A stretch of 64,000 nucleotides of DNA from Octopus sinensis (GCF_006345805.1 NC_043004.1:51894001-51958000); one strand, 5' to 3'. Positions 12,931 through 25,712 are shown, numbered from the stretch's first letter. Program-made: numbers and translations. Notes: generated from the sequence alone by a model not told the origin.

Positions 12931-13228
12931 TGGAGGCGCAATGGCCTAGTGGTTAGGGCAGCGAACTCGCGGTCGTAGGATCGCGGTTTCGATTCCCAGA
13001 CCGAGCGTTGTGTGTGTTTATTGAGCGAAAACACCTTAAAGCTCCACGAGGCTCCGGCAGGGGGTGGTGGTGATCCCTGCTGTACTCTTTCTCTCACTCT
13101 TTCTTCTGTTGGCCTGCTCGCTTAGCCAGCGGGGTGGCGTCATTCGAAGGCTAAAACAATGCGAACGCATTGTGACCAGCGATGTGTAGCAACATCTGAT
13201 GGTCTGGTCGGTCACGTAATCATGTGAT
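12931..13228 (+). mobile_element. SINE family C with RTE-type tail
   Basis: tRNA-like head GGAGGCGCAATGGCCTAGTGGTTAGGGCAGCG..GGTTTCGATTCCC; tail TGTGACCAGCG..CTGATGGTCTGGTCGGTCA..; lies between TA-rich arrays. Confidence 0.85.
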
Positions 13229-13308
13229 ATACACAAACACATATATAAACACACACATATAGATATATATATACTCACATATATATACACACACATATAT
13301 ATATATAA

Positions 13309-13339
<31 letters not shown>

Positions 13340-13886
13340 CACATACACACTCTCTCTCTCTATATATATATATACGCACACACACAATAATCCCTCGACT
13401 ACGCGTGTGTTACGCTGCAAAACCTCCCACAGAAATAATAAAAAATCTAAAAACAAAATAAATACCTCTCCGCCGCAGAAACCCGGAAATACTGAGGAGT
13501 CCGCAATATAAATTTACATATATTAGCCAGAAAAATATGCGATGTACTGAGTGCGCGATAAGTGTGTGTGTTTAAGGTGTTGCACTGACGATTGCGAGAT
13601 TGTAGGTTCGATTCTCAGACCGGTCATTGCGTTGCGTTCTTGAGCAATGCACTTCATTTCACATTACTCTGCGATCATTTCAACACCCATTGCACCTGTA
13701 CAGGTAATGTCGATCTCCTGGAAGGCGTGAGCTTATGTCTACACAAACAGTTGATCAGTATAAACAAATCTGTCTTTACCCAGTAAGAAATTGTCGAACC
13801 CTCATACGTCGTCTAACGACAGGAGAGTCAATCATCATATATATATATTTCGGAAACCCCTTCGGTCACGACATTGACCATGGGAT

Positions 13887-13986
13887 NNNNNNNNNNNNNN
13901 NNNNNNNNNNNNNNNNNNNNNNNNNNNNNNNNNNNNNNNNNNNNNNNNNNNNNNNNNNNNNNNNNNNNNNNNNNNNNNNNNNNNNN
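13887..13986. other. Assembly gap
   Basis: 100 N. Confidence 1.
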
Positions 13987-14489
13987 ATATATGACAGCAA
14001 AGACGCACACATATACAAGCACACCCACATACACAAACATTTGTACACGTATATATTTGCACGCACACACAACACACGTACACACATATACGTAAAGACA
14101 CATATGTATTCACACACATATGTACACACGCACTCAAACACACACACACGCACACACACGCGTACCGACAAGCTCGCACGCCCCATCCCCAAATAAAACG
14201 AATAGTTTCAGTCCCAGGAACGCACACATGCATACACCTACATACACAGTTACTTTACAGAAGGACTACATTAGTAAATTTTCAACCGTTCTCGGATAAT
14301 TTGATAAATTTACAAAATGGAGACCATTAAAATGGCGGCATTTTAATTTTATCAAATTTTGCTCCAACAGACTACGTATAATTTTGATTGATTATTCCAT
14401 CTGTTGGCACTTTAAAACACACAGACACATTCACACACACACACTCACACATACACACAAATATACGCGTACGTATACATACACAAAAC

Positions 14490-15350
14490 ACATATACACA
14501 CACACATACACATATTCTCTCTCTCTCTCACTCTCTCTTCCTTTCTCCACATCTATGCCTCTGCGTCTCTGTCGTTGTGATTCTTTGGTATTGCCCTATC
14601 TTGAAGAATTTCTGCCTTTTCTTCTCTGTTCTCCTCTGCAGGTCTGCTTGTCTATCTGTCCATCTATCTGTCTGTTTGTCTTTCTGTCTGTCTGCCTGCC
14701 AGCTTGCGTGTGTGTATGTGTGTCTGTCTGTCTGTCTCTGTTTTCTCCCTATTCTCTTACTATTTCTGAGACAATGTGTTTGTCTTATTCCATCTCCATG
14801 CATGTCTTCCATTTTCCCTCTGTATTGTTATACTCTTTCTCCATCTTTCTTCCGGTCTCAGTCATTCTGTTGCTATTTTTATTCCTTACACTCTTTCTCA
14901 TTCTTTCATTCTCTCTCTCCTTCTCTCCCCCTTTCTCTTTCTCTTCTTGCTTTTCTGCTTTCTCTCACCATCTCTGACACAATTTCTCTGTTTTTCTCTC
15001 TTTCTTCATCTGTCTCCAATATTTCCCATCCCTTGTTATCTTCCTCTCACACTCTTTGTTTCCTTCTGTGATTCTCAGTCCATTTCTTACACTCTCTCTC
15101 TTCCTCTATCTCTTTCCGCTTCCCTGTAGTTGTCTAATTTTCCTTCATCGTCCTGATTCCAAGCATTTCTGCTTTTCTCTCTCACCAATTCTCTTCTCTT
15201 TTCTTATTCTCCCTCTCTCTTCCCCCTCTCTCACCCGCATTCTCTCACCTCATTTTCTTTCTCTCCTTTCTCATTTGACAGTCTGTTATAGTCTGTACTC
15301 ACTGACACACGTACGCATGCACTTACTCCGCACTATCTCTCTCTATCTCT
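14490..15350. repeat. CT-rich low-complexity tract
   Basis: Degenerate (CT)n/(TCTG)n; explains the overlapping L/S/F-rich ORFs. Confidence 0.9.
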
Positions 15351-15622
15351 CACACGTTCAGCCCCCCCCCCCCCACCAAGTACACACACACACACATATA
15401 CACAAAAACAGATATGTAGCTAAGAGAATACCTACACTCTCTCACACCCCCTTCACACACGGGCTCTCATAATCACACAAACACGCACACACGTATACGC
15501 TTAAAAGTTGTGGTTTGTCAACGAAAGTGGAAGAAAATGCTCAATATAGGCTGTGGAGTATAATTATTTATTTAAACCGAATTACATTTCCCTCAACACT
15601 CCAGTTTCTCGTTGCTTCGATC

Positions 15623-15667
15623 TTTTCGCCTGAAGAACGCAGGAGCGTGAAACTCGAATAGCGAGAA
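15623..15667 (+). ncRNA. Minimal type-I hammerhead ribozyme motif
   Basis: TTTTCGC-CTGAAGA-ACGC(AGGA)GCGT-GAAA-CTCGAA-TA-GCGAGAA: 7-bp stem I with one G-U, intact core, 4-bp stem II, near-palindromic stem III. Confidence 0.75.
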
Positions 15668-16035
15668 AAAAAGACATCTATTTTGCGTACATAAACATAT
15701 ACTCACATATCTACACATGCACAATCTATGTGTTATCTCCGTTACGCTTTAGAGAAATATCTCCCTTTCTTCGCTTTAACCCTCCTTCTCTGCTTTTTTC
15801 TCCAGCTAATTTCTCCTTTTCTCGTCTTCCAGTTCATTTCATTTCCATCTTCATATACTAACATCTTTTTCTCTATCACTACCACTGTCTGTCTGTCTGT
15901 CTCTCTATCTATCTATCTATCTATCTATCTCTCTATTATCTATCTATCTATCTATCTGTCTATCTATCCACCTACCTACGTAACTTCCTACGAATCTAGC
16001 CACCTACATCCCTACCTACCTACCTACCTACCTGC

Positions 16036-16123
<88 letters not shown>

Positions 16124-16473
16124 GTCTAATCTCTCCTTCAAGTATAAGCTCTCGCCAAATAATTTGGAATATACTCATTGATAATTAAAAAAAAATCCTA
16201 CATCTACACCTTCGTCTTCCTCTTCTGTCTTGCCTTCTTCTTTTCAACTTTTGACTTCGTTTTCGTTTTAAATTCTAGTCATCCATTCTTATTATGCCCA
16301 TACACAGAAATATACATATATATATATGTTCATACATATATTCACATATATTCAAATATGTATACATATAGACACGAAGATGTACTTGTATACATATATA
16401 GAAATATATACGTAAATACATTCATACATGCACATACACAATTACACACCGATATGTAACATACACACATACA

Positions 16474-16531
<58 letters not shown>

Positions 16532-17510
16532 ATATTTCGACTTCCACTTTTTCTTTAGCTCACACCCCTTTTCTGCTATTTTGTTCACAACAGCCAACGT
16601 TATCAATGTCAGGGATTGTAAGCTGATGAAAGCCAAAGCGGTAGACGGCGAGTAACGTTTCCAAAATTTCAAACGTGAAATTCTTTAGCTAGAAGCAGTA
16701 AAACAGCGAAACGAAAGTGTATTAGAAGAAGCAAAGACTATCTGACAGAATTCTTCAAAAGTGTCACGAAGACCAGCTCTTGCAGAATTAATGGAATCAA
16801 AGAAACCGTAATGATTCAACAAACGTTTTGTGTTCGCTATATCAAAAACGTGGTCCACTTAAACATTTTCAAAATGGCTGCTGACAGATTTGATCGCTGG
16901 TCGGCGAAGGGTCATAGTGACCTTAGAGCTGTTAGCTTTATCGATTTTTGTTTTTCTTTTACTTCTAATACACTACTGTCTCGGCAACTTAATCTGCCTA
17001 ACATGAAGTCATATAGGCATTCGCGCACACACATATACAATTACATTCTTACACATACAATGTGAAAGCCAAATGCACAGGCATAGAGTCGCATGTGCGT
17101 TCACGTATACGAGAACAGGTGAAATGTTACCATTACATATGTCGCTACCCTGACACCAAAATCTTAATATATTTACAATAATGAATTCCAATAATAATAA
17201 TAATGAGCATATATATATATATGTATTGTACCTTTTATTTCTTACATGTTTCAGTCATTTGTTGGTGCATTACCATGAATGTAGTCATGGTTCCCTATTT
17301 CTGCTACTCATTCAATCGTTTTTTTTTATGGTAAACCGCTAAGTAACGTAAAGGTAAACAAATCAAGACTACTTCTCAAGCGGTGAGTGGGATGACAAAC
17401 GGGAACACAAAGACAAACACACACTTGTCCAAGGTGCCACACAGTGGAATTGAACAGAAGACCACACATCTTCTTAGCATACAGCAACGTCTACGTGAGT
17501 ATATATATAT

Positions 17511-17562
<52 letters not shown>

Positions 17563-17676
17563 CAGTTATCGCCAAGCTAATATGGCAGTCCATAAAGCTG
17601 CCGTTGATTAGCTCCAAGAGGCCATCGCCTCTACCTCGAATAGGGGAGGTCAGCTGCTTCCCCTTGGTGGTTAGGC

Positions 17677-17721
17677 ATCTGCAGACATGTTTCAGGGTAT
17701 TTGCCCTTTATCAATGCAGAC
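17677..17721 (-). ncRNA. Minimal type-I hammerhead motif, U3-A8 variant
   Basis: rc GTCTGCA-TTGATAA-AGGG(CAAATA)CCCT-GAAA-CATG-TC-TGCAGAT: 7-bp stem I, palindromic stem III ACATGT, GUC triplet; in a roughly 300-bp insert abutting (TA)n at 17560. Confidence 0.8.
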
Positions 17722-17896
17722 TAGCCAAGCCCAGCAGGCGTCGCTGCTGACTGTCTGTTCGAATGATTATTTACCTAATTTCAGTGGAATACATCCACTG
17801 GTTTTCAAAAATAGAATTATTAAAATTTCTAAGTCTCTCTAAAAGGGAGGCTTCAGAAAACCACTCTCTCTCTCTCTCTCTCTCTATAATATATAT

Positions 17897-17939
<43 letters not shown>

Positions 17940-17960
17940 TATATATATATATATATATTA

Positions 17961-18419
17961 TATTCTCTCACCTCCTCTATTTCATCACTGCCGATCACCA
18001 TTCGACCTGTTGGTACATTGTCTGACCGCATGAACTTTGTTTTCATGCGGTTTATCTTGAGACCTACTGCAGAACTTTTGATGTGGAGCTCTGTCAGCAT
18101 GGTCTGAAGCTGATCCATGTTTTCAGCGATGAGTACGATGTCGTCAGCGAAACGAAGGTGAGTGAGGAGCTCGCCATTGATGTTGACACCACCTTGCCAT
18201 TCGATGCCTCTGATGATCTGTTCGAGACATGCAGTGAAAAGTTTTGGGGAGATTGTATCTCCTTGCTTCACTCCCTTCTCGACCGGCACTCGTATGAGTG
18301 ATGACAGTAGAGCTATGTCAGTGGTGAGAAAGGCGCGATCCAGAGAGCAGTAGACAGCGTGCTGTGACCAGCGGTGACAAATGGACGCCTGACGGACTGG
18401 TCGGTCAAAGTGATCAAGT

Positions 18420-18420
<1 letters not shown>
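17961..18420. mobile_element. RTE-clade LINE fragment with 5' inversion
   Basis: Minus 18325-17961 encodes RT (KGVKQGDTISPKLF, LRFADDIVL, GLKINRMKTK). Plus 18321-18420 reads as ORF end (RKARSREQ*TACCDQR*) plus 3' tail. Flanked by (TA)n. Confidence 0.9.
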
Positions 18421-18472
<52 letters not shown>

Positions 18473-18566
18473 CATGTATACATATATATACATATACGAC
18501 AAATCTATATATAAATATATATACTGTATCTCTCTCTCTCTCTCTATATATAATATATATACTGTA

Positions 18567-18600
<34 letters not shown>

Positions 18601-18670
18601 CGTACGCACAGACACACACACACACATGCACACACACACACACGCACACACACAATCACACGCGCGCGCG

Positions 18671-18704
<34 letters not shown>

Positions 18705-18736
18705 AACATATTAAAACAAAATGTTAAATTCTGGTT

Positions 18737-18802
18737 ATAGAGTTATCAAATGTTTCGCATCCACGAAATCCACATCCTTGTGGACAGCTCATCAGACACC
18801 AC
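18737..18802 (-). ncRNA. Hammerhead motif in left pseudo-LTR
   Basis: rc GTGGTGT-CTGATGA-GC..TCCAC..GTGGA..GC-GAAA-CATTTGA-TA-ACTCTAT; stem I imperfect. Confidence 0.65.
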
Positions 18803-19074
18803 TCAAAGACAGAAGAAAAAAAGCAAACTTTCTACCTCGCGGATGTGAGGAAGCCCTCAAATATCGAGATTTAAAGGCTAACATATTAAAAAAAAAACTT
18901 TAGTGAGTACGGGTTATCTCTTCTGAACCAGAGGATTAAAAAAAACCCTTACAAATCCGAAATGGCCTAAATAGCAAACGAGTAAGTAGCGCTTGAAACG
19001 GACACATTTAAAGAAAACATTTTTTACGATTTTTTACGATTACGTGTCAGGTTTAGCAGTGACCTTACGAATTT

Positions 19075-19292
19075 TGGTTCTCTCTGCAGATTTTGCAATG
19101 ACCACTACTATTAATAAATGGGCCTGGATGATTTATTATTTTCCACCTGATATTACCTGGGGTCCCTTGATCTTTGAAGTGCCACACATGACTTGGCAGG
19201 GACGTGAAAAAAACATTTTTGGGGCTTCTGAAGGTTGACTGGTGGTTGGGGAAGCGACTTTTGAATGATGCATTGGCCGATCCGATATATTC
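19075..19292 (-). pseudogene. GIY-YIG endonuclease fragment of a Penelope-like element
   Basis: Hand translation, not in the ORF track: EYIGSANASFKSRFPNHQSTFRSPKNVFFTSLPSHVWHFKDQGTPGNIRWKIINHPGPFINSSGHCKICRE; YIG at 19289-19281 is in frame with CKIC at 19097-19086. Confidence 0.85.
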
Positions 19293-19497
19293 ACAAAATT
19301 GTTTGTTGAATCATACAGAAACGATAACCACGGTGATCTCCCTGTTTGCTGGTTAGGTTGTTTCAGGTCTGTAAGGGTTTTTTATCCTCTGGTCCAGGGG
19401 ATCTCATTAAGGTTTGTATGCATTAGCCGTTAATTCCCGATATCTGAGCGTTCCCTCACGTCCACGTGGTAGAAAGTTTAATTTTTTGTGTTCGTAG

Positions 19498-19559
19498 AGA
19501 GTCTGACGAGCCTTCCACATGTCTGTGTCTTTCGTGGATACGAAATCTTTGGTAACTCT
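19498..19559 (+). ncRNA. Hammerhead motif in right pseudo-LTR
   Basis: AGAGT-CTGACGA-GC..TCCAC..GTGGA..AC-GAAA-TCTTTGG-TA-ACTCT. Confidence 0.65.
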
Positions 19560-19643
19560 ATTACCAGAATTTAAATGTTTGTTTTAATAATTACTACTCT
19601 ATTCTTTACAGTAAGCTTTTCTGATATATATCTTTTATTGACT

Positions 19644-19678
<35 letters not shown>

Positions 19679-19859
19679 CATACACGCGCACATGAATAAA
19701 TCTATGAAATATAAGGATAAAATCTATATAAGATTTTATCAAGTAGCCAGCGTGTAAAACCGATTAAAGAAAAAATAATAGAAAGTATATAATTTTTCTG
19801 TATACATATGTATATATACATGAATATATATATATATATATGAATTTACGCACACATAC

Positions 19860-19909
<50 letters not shown>

Positions 19910-20741
19910 ACACACACAACACACACACACACACACACAGATGTATACATATGCGTAAATGTTTGCATATGCTTGTTTGTGAAGTAGACATAATTTAATT
20001 TATCTCCCATTGTAATCTTAGAAGCAATCAATACTGTGTGACTTTTAAATAATTCTTCCCTCTGACATATGATCCCATTTTAACAAGGGTTGATTTGCCA
20101 TGAGTGGCTGTAACGAATAGACTTACACTATAATATACGGTAAATCTATTCCTTATCGCCCATTCTCTTAATTCTCAAGATTCTGTAATAATGTGATTCT
20201 CTTTATTATGTTTTATATTTGTTTGATAATATAGTTTCATCACCTTGGTTCTTACAGTTGCAACGTGTGACCCGTTATACTCGCGTCATGACCAATGGAT
20301 GTCTGTTGTATTCGGTAACTTTTGCGAATTACGCGCAGAATCCCTCCTTGAAACGTAGGGACTTGCTTTCAATGAAGGATTCCTCGTACCGGGGACGTAT
20401 TGATATTAATCATTTTCCCAAATTTAAGGTCACCTGTAAGAAGAATTGCTATAGATTGATTGATTCACTAACTGAAATCACTTCCTCTAGTTAAACTACA
20501 GCACATTATTGTAGAGACAATTAAATGTGGGAAATTACTGTTAAATTGACAACGGAAATTAGAAGTGTTACACCTAACAGTCACTTCCGGTTGAATATAT
20601 CACTATATGCTCCACATATTTTTCCAGTCTACTTGCAGAATTTTAGCTTGGTACTTATTCTGTCGAAGATTTTGCCGAACTGTTAAGTTTTCGCGAACAC
20701 ACCAAAACCGGTTGCCAAGCGGGGACAAAACAAACCCTTCC

Positions 20742-20810
<69 letters not shown>

Positions 20811-20811
<1 letters not shown>

Positions 20812-21006
20812 ACGGGAAGGTTTATGAAAATAAACAAAAGACGAAGGCAGGTGGAGTACAAACAAATAATGTATTAGTATGGCGCTCAAGGAATAGAAAT
20901 AAAACAAGTATTTTACGTTTCGAGCCTAGGCTCTTCGACAGAAAGATACACAGAAAAGAAACAAGGAGAGAAAAAAATTGCGTGTAGGGGCTAACGATTC
21001 AACATG
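20811..21006 (-). mobile_element. Short pseudo-LTR-like insert in (TA)n with hammerhead-like variant
   Basis: rc TTT-CTGTCGA-A-GAGC(CTAG)GCTC-GAAA-CG-TA-AAA at about 20944-20911; homologous to 25731-25912. Confidence 0.65.
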
Positions 21007-22174
21007 ATATATTTATATATATATATGTGTGTAACTGTTTTTTTTTCAGTTTCTGTCTACTAAATCTACTCACAAAGCTTTGATATTGTAGAAGATACTT
21101 CTGGGATAGAACCCGGAACGATATGGTTGGAGAGCAAACTTCTTAACTCACAGCCACGCCTGCACTTCTATAATACTAAATTCTATTTTACCTTAAATAA
21201 TGCCGCTCTCATGATTCTTATAATCTGCTGCGTTAGGGAAAGCCGGTTATATCACTAATGATAGAATGCCTTTATCATAATCCAGTATTAAAGTGCGAAT
21301 ATATGGAGAGATAATGAATATTTATAGTTTTATGTGACTAAATTAGAATTTGTAATTAAGGAATTTCTTTTGCAAGGAAATCATTTAAAATCTACAGCAC
21401 AAACAATGACACTGCGCATTATATTATTCGCTGTTCACCTTCGAAAACATTTTGACTTGAAATAGATGTAATTTAAATATTTAAGCAGGAATAATGTGTC
21501 ACATTCTTTATGTTATATTGCATTAAGCAGAACCAAATATATCTTAAATTATATAATTTAAGATCCTTAAAACATTTATTAATAACTCATTAATTATATT
21601 TCGAAGATAACAGCGATATTTTTATTTGCAAAACTAGAAATAAATCTGCTGAATCTAGTCTATTTTAAATGTATCATTTACAAATATATACAACAACAAA
21701 AATTAAAATATATTGCCTTATGAAAACACGATCTAAACAAACTATTAATTTCTGAATAAATGCAAAATTTAGAAATATTTTAATCGTTATTTTAAGAAGT
21801 TTAACCATTGTGTAAGACATGCGAGATGTTGTTAACCTTTCTCCCAACCATTCTTTTTTTTATATTTCTCCTTTTTTTTCTTTCCTAACTTCCTTATTCT
21901 CATTCCCACTGTTCAGTCTCTATACAATTCTATAGAAGGCTTTACATATATATTCATACAAAGCAGCTTTTCTTAAAGCTGCTTTTATTGTTTTATCCAT
22001 TTGAATATATACGGGTATTATCTAATGTATGTGAAATACCGTTGGCCTCTGAAGATGTGTTTGCCAGCCCAAAACACTTACCTTGTGTGATCAATCTATC
22101 TGCCGGCCTGTTTGTCTGCCTAGCCGACTTTTTTTCTTTTAGTATGTCTGTCTACTTATGTGTGCATATCTCTC

Positions 22175-22211
<37 letters not shown>

Positions 22212-23355
22212 CTATTCATACATATATACATATACACATATATACATATATTCAAATACAAAAATGAATGTATATATATGTATACAAACATACTTGCATA
22301 AATACACGGGTACATACATACGTACATACATTTAATTAAACATAAAAATATACACACATGAATTATGCATACATACAAACATACAGTCATAGGCATACAC
22401 ACATATACACACAAACACCTACGCACAATCATATATATATCTTATAAACTGACAAGGTGGGTTGAGTTTAACCCAAAGCCACCCATATTATTTGTAGTAA
22501 ATATATATATATTTACTACTTCGTTTTCATTATTTATTTCTTTTGTTTTGCATATGTGAATTGCAGGGTTTGTCGTGTGTGGAGCCCCACTTGTGGAAAA
22601 TAGAAATAAGCATTCTTGACTGCTATTTCTACTTTTTCGGTATGCGGTCAAGCAACCTGTTGCCTGTCCCTTTTTTCTCATATACAATATATATACTGAA
22701 CTTTACAGAAGTTCCTACCGTTATTCGGCTATATTTACATACCGAATTCTACCAGTAAATAATTGTGGTCTTTTTTTAAAAACCATTATAGAAATTATTT
22801 ACTCTTATTATATATATATATATATATATATATATCAACAAACAAAAAGGGGGTGATAAGGGATATTAATCCTGACTAAGAACTTCTTACGCTCTTGGTA
22901 GATAAAAATACGCCAGGCTGACAAAAACTTGTTATCGGTATAATAGTACTCTCAGTAATCCGAAGTCGAAGTTCATCACCAGTCAAATTTGTAAATCCAT
23001 TACCCAGTTAAGATGTGTGTGTGTGTATGTGTGTGTGTGGTGATGCAAACAGGAAAAATTGAAGTCAAAATATGAGTTAAGCCCACTCGCGAAATTCCTG
23101 GCCTTGTGCCACAATTTGAAACCAATATTTAGCAGAGTGATTGAAGGTCCGAGAGTTACGTGCGTTGTTACTTCTGCGCGCGCGCATGAGCACGTCATAT
23201 TTCAACGTTTCTTCTTGAATTAAGAAGAGATCTTAGGAAGTTGTGGAGTATTTATTTTATTGAAACTGAATTCCTGTATCGCGACTCGATTTTTACTCCA
23301 AACGGACATTCAGAAATAGGTAGGTAGGTAGGTAGGTAGGTAGGTAGGTTGGTAG

Positions 23356-23387
<32 letters not shown>

Positions 23388-23393
23388 GCCTGT

Positions 23394-23442
<49 letters not shown>

Positions 23443-24089
23443 TGTCTGCCTGCCTGCCTGCCTGCCTGTCTGTCTGTCTGTCTGTCTAGCTCTCTCTTTC
23501 TCTCTATATATATATGCGTATGTATGTATATATATACGTAGAATGCATACTCGGATTGGGATACTAGGAATGGTAAAGTAATTAGAGTAATTTATTTTGC
23601 AAATCGCAGTCAATACCTTATGTGAAACACTGCATTAATAGCTGGTGGAACCAGTCTACTATTATCTTCTTTTGAAGAGTACTGTTGATTTGATTTCTTA
23701 CCAAAACCAAAGCCAAAATATTAGCTGGGCGTTTTATGTGATTTAAAGCAATAACGTATATATGTTTGTGTGTGTATATATATATATATTCCTATTGTTT
23801 GCATCCATTTGCTATAAAACAGTTTTCCACTAAAGCGAAACACTAATGTAGCGTTCATATTATAGTACTGCAAGAGGGGTGATGGTGAGCTTCAAGCTTC
23901 GGCCCGCTAACATCCATCGGCCATTCCAAAAGCTATTTCTTGATTTCTCGCCAAAAGAGGACGAGCGAGCTTCGAAACTAGAGCCAAACACCTCCACTGG
24001 AATTTTAACTACGTCAATACGGCAGGTGCGCATATTTGTTTGTATATGTACAAGTATTTGGAGTCAGAATATATGCAGATTTATATATT

Positions 24090-24145
<56 letters not shown>

Positions 24146-24408
24146 CACATATACGCACTCATACACACCCACATTTCTATATATATGACAGAATTCTTTC
24201 AGTTTCCCTCTACCAAATGAACTGTCAAGACTTTGGTGACCCGAGCTTATAGTAGAAGACACTGCCGAAGGTGATAAGTAGTGGTACTGAACACGGAAGT
24301 ATGTGGTTGGGAAGCAAGGTTCTTGCTACACCACCACGCTGTATGTATGTATGTATGTATGTATGTATGTATGTATATATAGATATATAGATATATATAT
24401 ACATACTT

Positions 24409-24447
<39 letters not shown>

Positions 24448-24459
24448 CACACACACACC

Positions 24460-24499
<40 letters not shown>

Positions 24500-24634
24500 C
24501 TTATATGTATATATATGCTTTCGGGACGAATGGTTTTTTTGATATGGCGCCGAGTTTACAGTCCTGTAAATAATAATGGTACTCTTATATAAGGTTTAAG
24601 CCTTTATAAAAATTATTATATATACACACAGACT

Positions 24635-24669
<35 letters not shown>

Positions 24670-24717
24670 GTGTGTGTGTATGTGTGTGTGAGTGTCTGTG
24701 TATATATAGATATATAT

Positions 24718-25118
24718 ACTTTATTCTTTAAATTGTTTCAGCTTTAAACTGCAGTCTTTTTGGGGCACCACCCTTGGCTGTGCTACACCATTATTTGAAA
24801 CCTCCTCTGAGAATTGGCATTTGGTGAATGAAGGAGTTGGATACTACTGCCCTCATCTGTGCTTCCTGCCGTGAGATAGGCTCATCTGGAACACTTGACA
24901 TAGTGTGGATGTATGTGTCTTTAAAACAAACTGAATCTCTTGTTATCAAGTGTTCCAGATGAGCCTATCTCACGACAGGAATCACAGATGAGGGCTGTAG
25001 CATCCAACTCCCTCATTCACTAAATGCCACATCTCAGAGGGGTTTTAAAAAATGGTGTTGCACAGCGAAGAGTGGTCCCAAAGCGTGACTGCAGTTTTAA
25101 AGCTGAAACACTGAAAAG
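24718..25118. mobile_element. Two CR1/L2-like LINE 3' ends joined head-to-head
   Basis: Minus copy 24898-24718 and plus copy 24899-25118; SSVPDEPISRQESQMRAVASNSLIH matches the C-terminus of the LINE at 29494-29727; each copy has its own tail. Confidence 0.85.
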
Positions 25119-25179
<61 letters not shown>

Positions 25180-25180
25180 A

Positions 25181-25237
<57 letters not shown>

Positions 25238-25239
<2 letters not shown>

Positions 25240-25712
25240 ATTGTTATATTTCGGAATGGTCATTTTGCCAGTTCAGCCAATAAAAACACACGCACTATAT
25301 ATTTGGTGTTACTTTGCTTCAGTGTTATTTATTTTTTACATTAATCTTAATCTTATTTCGGCCAGAGTTCTTTCGTCACACTCCTGTGACCGCATCAGTG
25401 GTCCTTTGTTTTCTTCTTTCTTATTTGTGTCTCTCCTTACTAACCGTCAGCCATTTTGTATTGTATACAAAAGAAAAGAAAAGAAGAAAACAAAGGACCA
25501 CTGATGCGGTCACAGGAGTGTGACGAAAGAACTCTGGCCGAAATAAGATTAAGATTAAAGTAAAAAATAAATAACACTGAAGCAAAGTAACACCAAATAT
25601 ATAGTGCGTGTGTTTTTATTGGCTAAACTGGCAAAATGACCATTCCGAAATATAACAATATCTGTTTCAACACATGACTTCACATAAAAATCTTGCACAA
25701 CAAATATTTAAA
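25238..25712 (+). mobile_element. Young fold-back insert with Penelope-like inverted pseudo-LTR architecture
   Basis: Nearly identical arms at about 25238-25430 and 25465-25661, then a roughly 50-nt unpaired extension, between (TA)n arrays; motif GGACCA-CTGATGC-G-GTCACA(GGAG)TGTGAC-GAAA-GAAC-TC-TGGCC at 25495-25539. Confidence 0.75.

Larger units (their letters stand above)
18705..19590 (-). mobile_element. Truncated Penelope-like element (Naiad-type) with inverted pseudo-LTRs
   Basis: Diverged inverted arms at about 18712-18982 and 19340-19590, each with a hammerhead motif, enclosing a GIY-YIG fragment; left end in (TA)n. Confidence 0.85.

Noticed and set aside
12931-13010. tRNA-like A/B boxes here and at other SINE heads
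   Set aside because: Continuous with SINE bodies and lacking a proper acceptor stem; not functional tRNA genes.
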